NCBI GenBank assembly: GCA_016235455.1
Contig: JACRKZ010000102.1
Location: 7,744 to 71,743 of the forward strand
Source: Armatimonadota bacterium
GTDB taxonomy: Bacteria; Armatimonadota; UBA10988
DNA length: 64,000 nt
Reading direction: 5' to 3'
Shown here: piece after piece, positions 10,047 to 18,572 of the stretch
Numbering within the stretch: the stretch's first letter is position 1
Layout: each line of letters begins with the position of its first letter
Notes under the pieces: generated by a model
The model's database searches: none
The model's input: only the letters and a program-made list of their open reading frames with translations
Told to the model about the DNA's origin: nothing
Program-made: the position numbers and the translations under genes

Positions 10047-11489
10047 CTAAGCCGGCGTCAGCTTCACCAGCACCACGCCGTGCGGCGGCACGTCGGCGGC
10101 GAAATCGTCGTGGCGCTCGCCCAGATCGGCCTGCCGCCACAGGTCGCGCACCTGCTGCGGCCCGGTCAGGCCCAGCTCGCTCCAGGCCACGCCCACGCGC
10201 ACGGTGCTGTCTCCCACGTTGAACAGGCCCACGGCGCGCGTGCCGTCGGCCAGTTCCTTGACCAGCACCTCGCCGCTGCCGCGCGGCTCCAGGTCATAGG
10301 CCTGGTGACCCAGCTCATCCTGGTCCAGCGCCAGCACCTCGTCGTTGGTCAGCAGACCCAGGGTGAACGCGTCGAGCCGCTCGGGCGGACAACCGATGAT
10401 CAACGGCGCCGACCACAGGCACCACAGGCTCACGTGGCTGTATTGCTCATCGGCCGTCAGCCGGGTCGGCCGCAACGGCTGCAGGTCCCAGCCGCCGAGC
10501 AGGCCCACGCGCAGCGGGCACGGCATGTTCCAGTGGCCGGGCCGGTTGTAGGCCTGCCAGGCGCGATGGCCGAGCCAGATGTCGCGCACGCCGAGCGCCC
10601 AGCGCCGTTTGTCGTCGTCGAGTTGCGAGCGATCCCAGACGTCGACGATGTCGCCCGTGGTGCGGCACATCGACGCGATCTCGGTGTAGGCCGTTGCCTC
10701 GGCCAGTGGCGCGCTGTTGGAGAGTTCCAGGACGATATCGCGCCCGGAGTCGCGCAACGCGTTGCCCATGGATCGCGCCAGATCGACACTGTCGATGAGC
10801 CAGTCGTACTTGAAGTAGTCAAAACCCCAGGCGGCCACCTGCTGGGCGTCGGTCTGGTCGAACAGATGCCGGCCGCAGCGCCAGCCGGCGTGGACGGGCG
10901 TGCTCGGCTGCCAGGCGCCGCTGGGCTCGTCGCTGGAACCGCCGCAGAAGCCCGCGTAGCTGCTGACCCAGGGCGTCGAGTAGGTGCCCACCTTGAGGCC
11001 CAGACGATGCAGGTCGGCGCACAGCCGCGCCGGGTCGCCGAACTTGTCGTTCGGCTGGAGCGCGCCGTCGCGGTGGCCCTGCCAGCCGTCGTCGATGTTG
11101 ACATAGCAGTAGCCGTGCTCGGCCAGGCCTGTGTCGAACAGGGCCTGGGCACCCTCGCGCACGTTGGCCTCGGTGACCGCCGGCCCCCAGCCGCCCCAGG
11201 TGTTGAAGCCCATGGGCGGCGTCAGCGCGAAGTCGATGCCGATGACGATGCGCAGTGGCTTCTCGGCGCGGCCGTGGGCGTTCTCGGCATGCAGGACCAC
11301 GTGGTACGTGCCCACCGCGCCGGTCGTGCCGCTGATGACGCCGCTGGCAGCATCGAGCGCGAGCCCCGGCGGCAGGCCATCGGCGCCGAACGTCATCGGC
11401 CGCTCGCCGACCGCGGCGATGTGGAACAGGAGCGGGCTGCCGGGCCGCGCGCCGTAGACCGCGGCGGTGTTCAGGCGGGGTTCGCTCAT
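10047..11489 (-). CDS. Alpha-galactosidase family GH27 with N-terminal Ig-like domain
   Basis: TPPMGFNTWGGWG and YVNIDDGWQG are classic GH27 (melibiase) motifs. The N-terminal ~90 aa (GLPPGLALDAASGVISGT) look like a putative Ig domain. Confidence 0.75.
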   Translation of the reverse strand: MSEPRLNTAAVYGARPGSPLLFHIAAVGERPMTFGADGLPPGLALDAASGVISGTTGAVGTYHVVLHAENAHGRAEKPLRIVIGIDFALTPPMGFNTWGGWGPAVTEANVREGAQALFDTGLAEHGYCYVNIDDGWQGHRDGALQPNDKFGDPARLCADLHRLGLKVGTYSTPWVSSYAGFCGGSSDEPSGAWQPSTPVHAGWRCGRHLFDQTDAQQVAAWGFDYFKYDWLIDSVDLARSMGNALRDSGRDIVLELSNSAPLAEATAYTEIASMCRTTGDIVDVWDRSQLDDDKRRWALGVRDIWLGHRAWQAYNRPGHWNMPCPLRVGLLGGWDLQPLRPTRLTADEQYSHVSLWCLWSAPLIIGCPPERLDAFTLGLLTNDEVLALDQDELGHQAYDLEPRGSGEVLVKELADGTRAVGLFNVGDSTVRVGVAWSELGLTGPQQVRDLWRQADLGERHDDFAADVPPHGVVLVKLTPA

Positions 11490-13513
11490 CGCTCTGCCTC
11501 CCAGGCCAACAGGCGCGCCTCGTGCGCCTCGAGGGGCACATCGACATACCAGCGGCCCGTGCCGCCGTCGCGTTGCGCTGTCAGCAGGCCGGCGCGACCC
11601 GCGGCGCGTGTGCTCAGCAGCGGTCGCAGACTGCGCCGCTCGGGCAGCCAGACGCGTCGCGTCAGCGCTGTCGGCGAGTGCAGGCCGAGCACCTGATTGC
11701 TGGCGTACAGCGGGTGGTCGTCATCGCAGTAGATGTGCGCGCCGGCGCGCTGGGCGATCTCGCGCAGCAGCCAGCCAGGCACGGGCCCGACCGCCGACCA
11801 AGCCACGCGACTGTCACCCAGGCGGCCCTCGACCAGCCCGGCGTGGCCGTCGGGCGTGCGGCCCAGCACGTCCAGGTCGGCGGTGGTCACCGCCACGAAA
11901 CCCGGCTGCTGATCGGCCGCGAAACCGTAGTCATGCTCGCCCACACGCACCGACCGCACGGCGGGCACCTGGGCGAAATGCAGTCCGGTCAGCTCGGCCA
12001 TGGCCTCGACGCTCAGGCCGTCCTCGGCCACGAACCCCGGCGCGTAGGCCCACAGCAGCGTGCGGTCGGCGCCGCGCAGGCGCTTGACCGCCGCGCGCAG
12101 CTTCGCGCTCGGCGCGAACAGGTTGGGGAAGTAGATCAGCCGGTAGGCGTCGGCCGACCAGTCAGGATCGAGCAGGTCGCCGCTGAACACGATGTCGTAA
12201 GGCGTGCCCATGCGGCCCAGGCCGTCGAGCTGCCTAAGCAGCAGGCTCTGGGCCAGGCTGCCGCGCTGGTCCACGTACAGCAGCGAGGTCGTGTCGACGA
12301 CCACGGCCACCTGAGCCACCGAACGGTACGGTTGGTCGAGCAGCGATTCCGCGGCGGTCTGGGCCTGGCGGACAACGCTCCGCAGTCGATCGTCGTCGAA
12401 CCAGCCGCCGAACATGTCGAACCACCACAAGCCCTGGCCCTTGGCCAGCGCCAGGCAGGCGTCGCGGCCCATGACGCCGCTGGCCTGGTCGAAGTCGGCC
12501 AGCCGCGAGTCCTGGCCGGGGATCGGTTGGCCCTCGACATGCGTCACCGCGCTGGGCGTGATGTGGTCGAACTCCAGCAACGCCAGCTTGCCATGCCGGC
12601 GCAGGCTGTCCACCGGCATCATGAAGCTGCTGACCTGGTCGGCGCGGCGGTGATGGTAGTTGGCCGGGCAAAGGAAGAAGTCGAGATCCGCCGAGGCAAA
12701 GACCCGCTCGCAGTCCAGATGCCCGCCGAACAGCAGTTGCTGGCTGCCGAACTGGAGCACATAGCCAAAGAACGCGCCGAGCACTTTGCGATGGTCGAGC
12801 ACGCCTTGGGCCAGGCGTGCGAAATGCAGCAGCAGGTCGGCCACCTGCTCGTTGTGGAAGCGCCAGGCGTCGACGGCAGGCGATGCGGGGTCACGGAACT
12901 GGCCTTGAGCGAACACGCTCTCGCGCTCGGCCCGCGACGGCCACGGCCGACCCAGCGCGCGTTCGGCAGCCTCCACCTTGATCGGCTGGTCGGTGGCGTC
13001 GCGGTGACAGAACCACTCGTGAGTGCGACCGCCGAGCAGCGCATAGCCGGCGATGCGCTGGCCCCAGCGCGCCTCGCAATGGGCCAGCACGGCGGCCAGA
13101 TAGGCGCCGGCGTCCGCGCGCCAGGCCGGCGAGCTGGCCGCCTCGCCCAGGTCGGTGAACGGGTTGGCATGCCCGGGATGCGCCGCCAGCCACCACTCGG
13201 GCGGGTTGAGGTCGAGCATCATCAGCACCAGTTGGCCGCCCGACCAGGCCTCCAGATCGGCCATCTGCCGGTCGACCACAGTGAAGTCGTAGGTGCCCGG
13301 CGCGGTCCAGGCCGAGCCGTACAGGCTGTAGGGCACGCCGAGGCTGCACAGGTTGCCCGAGACCTGGGCATTGACGATGTCCACGCCCAGCGCGGCGAAC
13401 TCGGCCACATAGCGCTGTTGCGGGCGGAACGAGCGGAAGGTCACCGGCGCAATGGGCCGGTCGTCGACCAGCAGGCGCGGGTGGCCGAGCGTGGTGTCGA
13501 GGCGGGTGATCAT
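11486..13513 (-). CDS. Putative glycoside hydrolase (GH42-like beta-galactosidase architecture; family tentative)
   Basis: 675-aa ORF with coding-like composition. The stop overlaps the GH27 start (ATGA at 11486-11489). N-terminal TIM-barrel-like region; I recognise no sharp signature. Confidence 0.45.
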   Translation of the reverse strand: MITRLDTTLGHPRLLVDDRPIAPVTFRSFRPQQRYVAEFAALGVDIVNAQVSGNLCSLGVPYSLYGSAWTAPGTYDFTVVDRQMADLEAWSGGQLVLMMLDLNPPEWWLAAHPGHANPFTDLGEAASSPAWRADAGAYLAAVLAHCEARWGQRIAGYALLGGRTHEWFCHRDATDQPIKVEAAERALGRPWPSRAERESVFAQGQFRDPASPAVDAWRFHNEQVADLLLHFARLAQGVLDHRKVLGAFFGYVLQFGSQQLLFGGHLDCERVFASADLDFFLCPANYHHRRADQVSSFMMPVDSLRRHGKLALLEFDHITPSAVTHVEGQPIPGQDSRLADFDQASGVMGRDACLALAKGQGLWWFDMFGGWFDDDRLRSVVRQAQTAAESLLDQPYRSVAQVAVVVDTTSLLYVDQRGSLAQSLLLRQLDGLGRMGTPYDIVFSGDLLDPDWSADAYRLIYFPNLFAPSAKLRAAVKRLRGADRTLLWAYAPGFVAEDGLSVEAMAELTGLHFAQVPAVRSVRVGEHDYGFAADQQPGFVAVTTADLDVLGRTPDGHAGLVEGRLGDSRVAWSAVGPVPGWLLREIAQRAGAHIYCDDDHPLYASNQVLGLHSPTALTRRVWLPERRSLRPLLSTRAAGRAGLLTAQRDGGTGRWYVDVPLEAHEARLLAWEAER

Positions 13514-13530
13514 CGGCAGCCCTCCCTGTA

Positions 13531-13600
13531 GTCCCCCCGCGAGCGGGGGGACGGTGCAGTGACTCCCTCCCCGCTCGCGCGGAGGGCCGGGGTGGGGGCT
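13531..13600. repeat. GC-rich palindromic intergenic element (REP-like); possible terminator of the SDR gene
   Basis: A perfect 9-10 bp stem GTCCCCCCGC/GCGGGGGGAC at 13531-13552 is followed by an imperfect hairpin CCCTCC...GGAGGG at 13565-13586 and then CCGGGGTGGGGGC. Reads as PSPLARRAGVG in a spurious ORF. Single copy in the window. Confidence 0.5.
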
Positions 13601-13620
13601 GTTCGCGACGCCATCGTAAC

Positions 13621-14382
13621 CTACCCTTCCGCGCCAAGCGGCACCAACTGCACCGACACGCCGCCATCCACCACCAGCCGCGCGCCAGTCACGTTGGCCG
13701 CGTCAAGGGAGGCGAAGTACAGCACCGCCGCCGCCACGTCGTCGGCACTCGCGGGCTCGCCAAGCGGGGCATTGGCCCGCCGCCGCGCGGCGACCTCGGG
13801 GTCCAGTGTCGCCCAGCGCTCGGTGAGGATGTAGCCCGGCGCCACGGTGTTCACGCGGATGCCGTGCGGCGCCAGGTCCAGCGCCATGGCCCGCGTCAGC
13901 GCGTCGATAGCGCCCTTGGAGGCGCAGTAGGCCGTGCGCCCGCGCACCGGCCGCTCGGCCGTGTTGGAGCTGACATTGACGATCGCGCCTCGCGTGCTCT
14001 GGTCGATCATGCGCCGCGCCGCAGCCTGTGCGCAGCGGTAGTAGCCCAGCACGTTGACCGCCATGACCGCCTCGAGCAGCTCGTCATCGACGTCTACGAA
14101 CGTCGGACCCAGGCCCAGATGGGCCGCGTTGTTGACCAGCACGTCCACCCCACCCAGCTCGCGGTCGACGATGTCGAACAGTGTTCGGACTCCGCACGCC
14201 GTGCCGAGGTCGGCGACGGCCGGCACCGCGCCGGGCACGCTGGCCACGGCGGCGTCGACATGGGCCGGGTCGGTGCCGTTGATGGCCACCCGCGCGCCCT
14301 CGGCGGCGAAACGCCGGGCAATGCCCAGACCGGTGTTGCGCGAGGAGCCAGTGACCACCACGCGCGCGCCGTCAAAGCGCAT
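13621..14382 (-). CDS. Short-chain dehydrogenase/reductase (SDR)
   Basis: VVTGSSRNTGLGIA (Rossmann TGxxxxxG), NNAA, YCASKGAIDALT (catalytic YxxxK), IRVNTVAPGYI. Confidence 0.9.
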   Translation of the reverse strand: MRFDGARVVVTGSSRNTGLGIARRFAAEGARVAINGTDPAHVDAAVASVPGAVPAVADLGTACGVRTLFDIVDRELGGVDVLVNNAAHLGLGPTFVDVDDELLEAVMAVNVLGYYRCAQAAARRMIDQSTRGAIVNVSSNTAERPVRGRTAYCASKGAIDALTRAMALDLAPHGIRVNTVAPGYILTERWATLDPEVAARRRANAPLGEPASADDVAAAVLYFASLDAANVTGARLVVDGGVSVQLVPLGAEG

Positions 14383-14383
14383 A

Positions 14384-15553
14384 TCAGGTCTCCTTCATCC
14401 ACGGCACCGCGTCGGGCGGGCGGATCTCGGTCAGCGTGCCCACGTAGTGCCGCAGGTTGCGCCGCTCGTAGGGATGCTGGGCGATGGCTTCCAGGTTCAG
14501 ATCCAGGCCCAGGCCGGGCGCCGTGGGGATGAGCATCTCGCCGGCGGCGAAGCGCACGTCCTCGGTAGTGACATCGCCACGCCAGGGGACATCGGTGTTC
14601 ATCGTCTCCAGCAGCCAGAAGTTGGGCACGCAGGCGGCCAGATGCAGCGTGGCCGCGTTGGCCACCGGGCCGATGGGGTTGTGCGGGCAGACCACGCGGC
14701 TGTAGGTTTCGGTCATGGCGGCGATCTTGCGCAACTCGCCGATGCCGCCCACATGGCTGACATCGGGCTGGAGGATGTCGGCGCAGCCCTGCTCCAGGTA
14801 GGTGCGCGCATCCCACCGCGAGTAGAGCCGCTCGCCGCCGGCGATGGGCACCCGGCTGCGGCGCACCACCTCCGCCATGCCCTCGGGGTGGTCGGGCATG
14901 ATCGGCTCCTCGAACCATGAGATGTCGAAGTCCTCCAGCGCGTGGGCGATGCGAATGGCCGTCGGCACGTCGAACCGGCCGTGGCCCTCGATGAGGATGT
15001 TGACCTCCGGCCCGACCGCCTCGGCGACCGCCGCCACACAGGCGATGGCCTGCCGCAGCTCGGCCTTCTCGATGGTGCGGTAGGCGGAGCCGAAGGGGTC
15101 CCACTTGAGCCCGCGGAAGCCCTGGTCGACCGCGATGCGGGCTTTTGCAGCAAACTCCTCGGGCGTCTTGGCCGGCGAGAACCAGCCGTTGGCGTAGCAC
15201 GGCACGCGGTCACGGCAGCGGCCGCCGAGCAACTGCCAGACCGGCACGCCGAGAGCCTTGCCCTTGATGTCCCAGAGCGCCATCTCGACACCCGACAGAG
15301 CGGTCATCAGCACCGGGCCGCCGCGCCAGTAGCTGTCGCGGTAGCACTCGTGCCAGATGGACTCGATGTCGTGCGGGTCGCGGCCGATGAGGTGGCGCTC
15401 CAACTCCTGCACCGCGGCCGCGGCCGTCGGCTCGCGCATCTCCAGCGTCGCCTCGCCGATGCCGTGCAGACCCTCGTCGGTCATCACCCGCACAAACACC
15501 CAGTTGGCGCGGTAGCAGTGGCAGAGGTAGGTCTCCAGGGCCGTGATCTTCAT
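14384..15553 (-). CDS. Enolase-superfamily sugar-acid dehydratase (galactonate/mannonate dehydratase family)
   Basis: MKITALETY...NWVFVRVMTDEGLHGIGEATL, YWRGGPV, ALWDIKGKALGVPVWQLLGG, EEP...GGE, QPDVSHVGGI. Confidence 0.8.
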   Translation of the reverse strand: MKITALETYLCHCYRANWVFVRVMTDEGLHGIGEATLEMREPTAAAAVQELERHLIGRDPHDIESIWHECYRDSYWRGGPVLMTALSGVEMALWDIKGKALGVPVWQLLGGRCRDRVPCYANGWFSPAKTPEEFAAKARIAVDQGFRGLKWDPFGSAYRTIEKAELRQAIACVAAVAEAVGPEVNILIEGHGRFDVPTAIRIAHALEDFDISWFEEPIMPDHPEGMAEVVRRSRVPIAGGERLYSRWDARTYLEQGCADILQPDVSHVGGIGELRKIAAMTETYSRVVCPHNPIGPVANAATLHLAACVPNFWLLETMNTDVPWRGDVTTEDVRFAAGEMLIPTAPGLGLDLNLEAIAQHPYERRNLRHYVGTLTEIRPPDAVPWMKET

Positions 15554-16386
15554 TCGGCGTCTCCAAACGGTGACTGGCTCATCTCGTCGCGCATGGGGTC
15601 CAGAGGCAGCGTGGCCCAGTCGATGACCGGCATGGGCCCGGGCAGCTCACCGCCGAGTTCGGCCGACAGCTCAACCGCCGCCGACCACAGCGCGGCGGTC
15701 ATGCGCGCGCAACGCTCACCGTCGGCGCGGAACGCTGGGCAGGCCACGCCAATCGACGCCACGGGCGCCCCTTTGGCCACGACCGGCAGCGCCAGCAGCA
15801 CCTGCCCGCCGTCGCGATCGGTGCGCAGCGCGCAGTAGCCCAGCGCGCGCACCCGCCGCAGATCCGCCTGCCAGGCCGCCAGCGAGCAGCCTGGCCGCGT
15901 GTCGGGGCTGCGCTCGACAAAGGCCGGCCAGGCCGCCTCGTCGCCGCAGGCCACCAGCAGTCGGCCCGTGGCCAGCTTGAGCGCCTGGGGCCAGGACCAT
16001 TGCGGGAAGTGGATGGTGATCGCCTCGGTGCCCGGCTGGAAGGCGATGAGCCGGGCCTCGAAGCCCAGCAGGATCGTCGCCGAGGCGGCCTCGCCCGATT
16101 CGCGCGCCACCCGCACGAGTTTGGGCTGGAGGATGTCGGGCAGCGCTTGCACCGGATCCCAGCGCGAAGCCAGCACGCCGGCCGCGGGCCCCAACCGGTA
16201 GCGTCCGTTGTGGTTCAGGAGGAAGTGACGCGTCGCCAGCGTGCGCAGCAGGTTGTGTACCGTGGCGACATGCAGCCCCAGCTCACGCGCCAGCTCCGAC
16301 ACGCCGATCTCGCCCGCTGCGGCCACCGCCTCCAGCAGGTCCAGCGCCCGCTCCACCGACTGCACCAGATTGCCCGTGTTCGCCAC
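15550..16386 (-). CDS. IclR-family transcriptional regulator
   Basis: GTG start with GGAGG 8 nt upstream. N-terminal wHTH: SVERALDLLEAVAAAGEIGVSELARELGLHVATVHNLLRTL. The stop overlaps the dehydratase start (4-nt overlap). Confidence 0.85.
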   Translation of the reverse strand: MANTGNLVQSVERALDLLEAVAAAGEIGVSELARELGLHVATVHNLLRTLATRHFLLNHNGRYRLGPAAGVLASRWDPVQALPDILQPKLVRVARESGEAASATILLGFEARLIAFQPGTEAITIHFPQWSWPQALKLATGRLLVACGDEAAWPAFVERSPDTRPGCSLAAWQADLRRVRALGYCALRTDRDGGQVLLALPVVAKGAPVASIGVACPAFRADGERCARMTAALWSAAVELSAELGGELPGPMPVIDWATLPLDPMRDEMSQSPFGDAE

Positions 16387-16461
16387 GTCGCACGCCTCCG
16401 CATATCAGAATAGCGGATGGCTTATGGCAATGCAAGATGCACCGGGTGCTTGGCGCAGCTA

Positions 16462-16493
16462 TGCGTAGCCCAGCCTGGTCTCGGGGCTACGCA
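16462..16493. promoter_or_regulatory. Inverted repeat TGCGTAGCCC-N12-GGGCTACGCA (terminator of small ORF or operator upstream of the IclR operon)
   Basis: 10-bp arms at 16462-16471 and 16484-16493. Lies 35 nt downstream of the 16527 stop and about 80-100 nt upstream of the IclR start on the minus strand. Confidence 0.3.
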
Positions 16494-16526
16494 CGGCCAA
16501 TCGGTGCGATGCGCTGGTGCTAAGGG

Positions 16527-16775
16527 TCAGTAGGCCCGAGCGGCGCGGGCGGTACGCGCCGGTGCGGCGTAGCCGGTGCGGCGACCGACCGTCGCGGCGC
16601 GCGGCGCGGCCGGCTGCGCGTAGGTGGCATAGAAGGTCGGTTCGTTGCCCACATACGACGGCCAGAGCCACGCGCCGTCCAGCGGCAGTCTGGCGTAGAC
16701 CGTGACATTGGGCGCGTCGGCCGGTGTGACAGGCTCGGCCAACAGGGCCGCAGCGAAGAGTATCGTCAACATCAT
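16527..16775 (-). CDS. Small secreted hypothetical protein (82 aa)
   Basis: AAGGAAG RBS upstream of ATGATG. Signal-like MMLTILFAAALLAEPVTPADA. Third-codon positions are mostly G/C, like neighbouring genes. Confidence 0.5.
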   Translation of the reverse strand: MMLTILFAAALLAEPVTPADAPNVTVYARLPLDGAWLWPSYVGNEPTFYATYAQPAAPRAATVGRRTGYAAPARTARAARAY

Positions 16776-17173
16776 CAGCTTCCTTTGATCCTCACTGTGG
16801 GTGGCCCTGAAATCTGAGCAAGGCAGCGGATCCGGCGTTCGTCACAGCTTCGCCATACTTGCTATGGCGGTCCGACTCGCTCCACAGCTGACGGGAAGGA
16901 CCGTGGGTGGCTGATGGCACACTCCGCGGGGCCAAGGCAGGTCCCAGCCCAGGACCAGACTGCTGTCGTTGAGCAAGGCGCAGTTCGACGAGCGATTCCC
17001 CTCGACGCCATACCCGACGGGAGGTGGGGTGATGCCGGCACCGCCTGCTGCGTTCGCGGCACGTCGTCGGGCCAGACCGACACGAGGCTGTTCGACTGGC
17101 CCGACTGCTGAGCGCCAACGCTGAACCAGGACCGCGGGCCGAGCGTCTATGCTCCACCGAGAGGGAACCGCAC

Positions 17174-18535
17174 ATGGACCGCCGACACTTCCTCGGCGCC
17201 GCCGGCCTCGGCCTGGCGGCGGCTGCCTGTCGTTCACCTTTGCGCGCCGCCGATGCGCCGGCCGGCCGCCGGCCCAACATCATCCTCATCCTGAGCGATG
17301 ACGTGGGCATCGCCGAGCTGAGTTGCTACGGCGGCGAGCACCCCACGCCGCGGCTCGACGCCCTGGCCGGTGCCGGTATCCGCTTCGAGCAGTGCTACTC
17401 CACGCCGCTCTGCGGGCCGTCGCGCTGCCAGTTGCTCACCGGGCGCTATCCGTTCCGCACGGGGCTCAACACCAACCAGAGCGCCACGGCCGTCTCGCCC
17501 CAACGCGAGGTGATGATCCCCACCGTGATGCGCAAGGCCGGCTACGTGACCGGCAGCGTGGGCAAATGGGGCCAGATCTGCCTGGGACCCAAGGAGTGGG
17601 GTTTCGACGAGTGGTTCGTGTTCCAGGGCAGCGGCCGCTACTGGGCCAGCCAGAACATCAGCTACAACGTCAGCGGTCAGAGCAAGACGCTGGGACAGAA
17701 GGAGTATCTGCCCGACCTCATGCACGACTTCGCCGTCGACTTCACCACCCGGCACCGCGACAAGCCGTTCATGCTGTACTACCCCATGTCGCACATCCAC
17801 GGGCCGATCATGCCCACGCCCGACAGCAAGCCGGGCGCCGACGCCAAGCAGCTGTACGCGGACAACATCAGCTACATGGATAAGCTGGTGGGCAAGCTGG
17901 TCGACCATCTGGACCGGCTCGGGCTGCGCGAGAACACGCTGATCCTGTTCGTCGGTGACAACGGCACGGCGCGCTTTGGCGAGGCGACTATTGGCGGCAA
18001 GTCGCTCAGCGGCAAGAAGGGCTCCATGCTCGAAGGCGGCGCGCGCGTGCCGCTGCTGGCCAACTGGCCCGGCACCACGCCCACGGGCCGGGTCAATCGC
18101 GACCTGATCGACTTCTCGGACTTCTTCGCCACCTGCGCCAGCCTCGGCCGCGCCGATCTGCCCGCGGGCGTCACCCTCGACAGCCAGAGCTTCGCCGAGC
18201 AGTTGCGGGGCGAAGCCGGCAAGCCGCGCGAGTGGGTCTATGTCGAACTCGGCGGCAAGAGCTACGTGCGCGACAACCGCTACAAGCTGACCAACGGCGG
18301 CGCGCTCTTCGACCTGTCCAAGGCGCCGTTCGAAGAGATCGCGGTGCCGGACGACACCAAGGACACGCTGGCGCTGGCCTCGCGCGCCAAGCTGCAGGCC
18401 GTGCTCGATACACATCGGGCCAAGCCGGCGGGCGGCGGCGGCGGCGGCGGCGGCGCGGCAGGTGCAGCCGGCAAGGGCAAGGCCAATCGACCGGGCAAGG
18501 CCGGCCGACGCGCGAAGGGTCAAGCGGCGAAGTAG
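17174..18535 (+). CDS. Sulfatase with Gly/Lys/Arg-rich C-terminal tail
   Basis: MDRRHFLGAAGLGLAAAA (Tat-like), ILSDDVGIAELSCYGG, PLCGPSRCQLLTGRYP (CxPSR), FVGDNGT. Tail: KPAGGGGGGGGAAGAAGKGKANRPGKAGRRAKGQAAK. Confidence 0.9.
   Translation: MDRRHFLGAAGLGLAAAACRSPLRAADAPAGRRPNIILILSDDVGIAELSCYGGEHPTPRLDALAGAGIRFEQCYSTPLCGPSRCQLLTGRYPFRTGLNTNQSATAVSPQREVMIPTVMRKAGYVTGSVGKWGQICLGPKEWGFDEWFVFQGSGRYWASQNISYNVSGQSKTLGQKEYLPDLMHDFAVDFTTRHRDKPFMLYYPMSHIHGPIMPTPDSKPGADAKQLYADNISYMDKLVGKLVDHLDRLGLRENTLILFVGDNGTARFGEATIGGKSLSGKKGSMLEGGARVPLLANWPGTTPTGRVNRDLIDFSDFFATCASLGRADLPAGVTLDSQSFAEQLRGEAGKPREWVYVELGGKSYVRDNRYKLTNGGALFDLSKAPFEEIAVPDDTKDTLALASRAKLQAVLDTHRAKPAGGGGGGGGAAGAAGKGKANRPGKAGRRAKGQAAK
18431..18454 (+). 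repeat. (GGC)8 trinucleotide repeat inside the sulfatase tail
   Basis: Eight in-frame GGC codons read directly from the sequence, encoding Gly8. Confidence 0.9.
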
Positions 18536-18572
18536 ACGCTCGGGCTCGTCGCCCCGGCGCCCGGCGTCGGGG

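Noticed and set aside
7560-11696. 1378-aa plus-strand ORF, the longest in the track
   Set aside because: It runs antisense to four well-supported minus-strand genes (metzincin-like lipoprotein, GH39-like, kinase, GH27). Its composition is the Arg/Ala/Gly/Pro-rich pattern typical of shadow frames in high-GC DNA, and I recognise no motif.
16797-16979. Direct repeats GTGGGTGGC (16797, 16903) and TGAGCAAGGC (16815, 16970) in the long intergenic gap
   Set aside because: Two 9-10-mers recurring once each within 400 bp of GC-biased sequence is compatible with chance. Their spacing is inconsistent, and no palindromic or iteron organisation is seen.
16981-17100. GTTCGA-containing stretches that could hint at a tRNA T-loop
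   Set aside because: The flanking sequences do not form a T-stem, an acceptor stem or an anticodon arm. No cloverleaf can be drawn.
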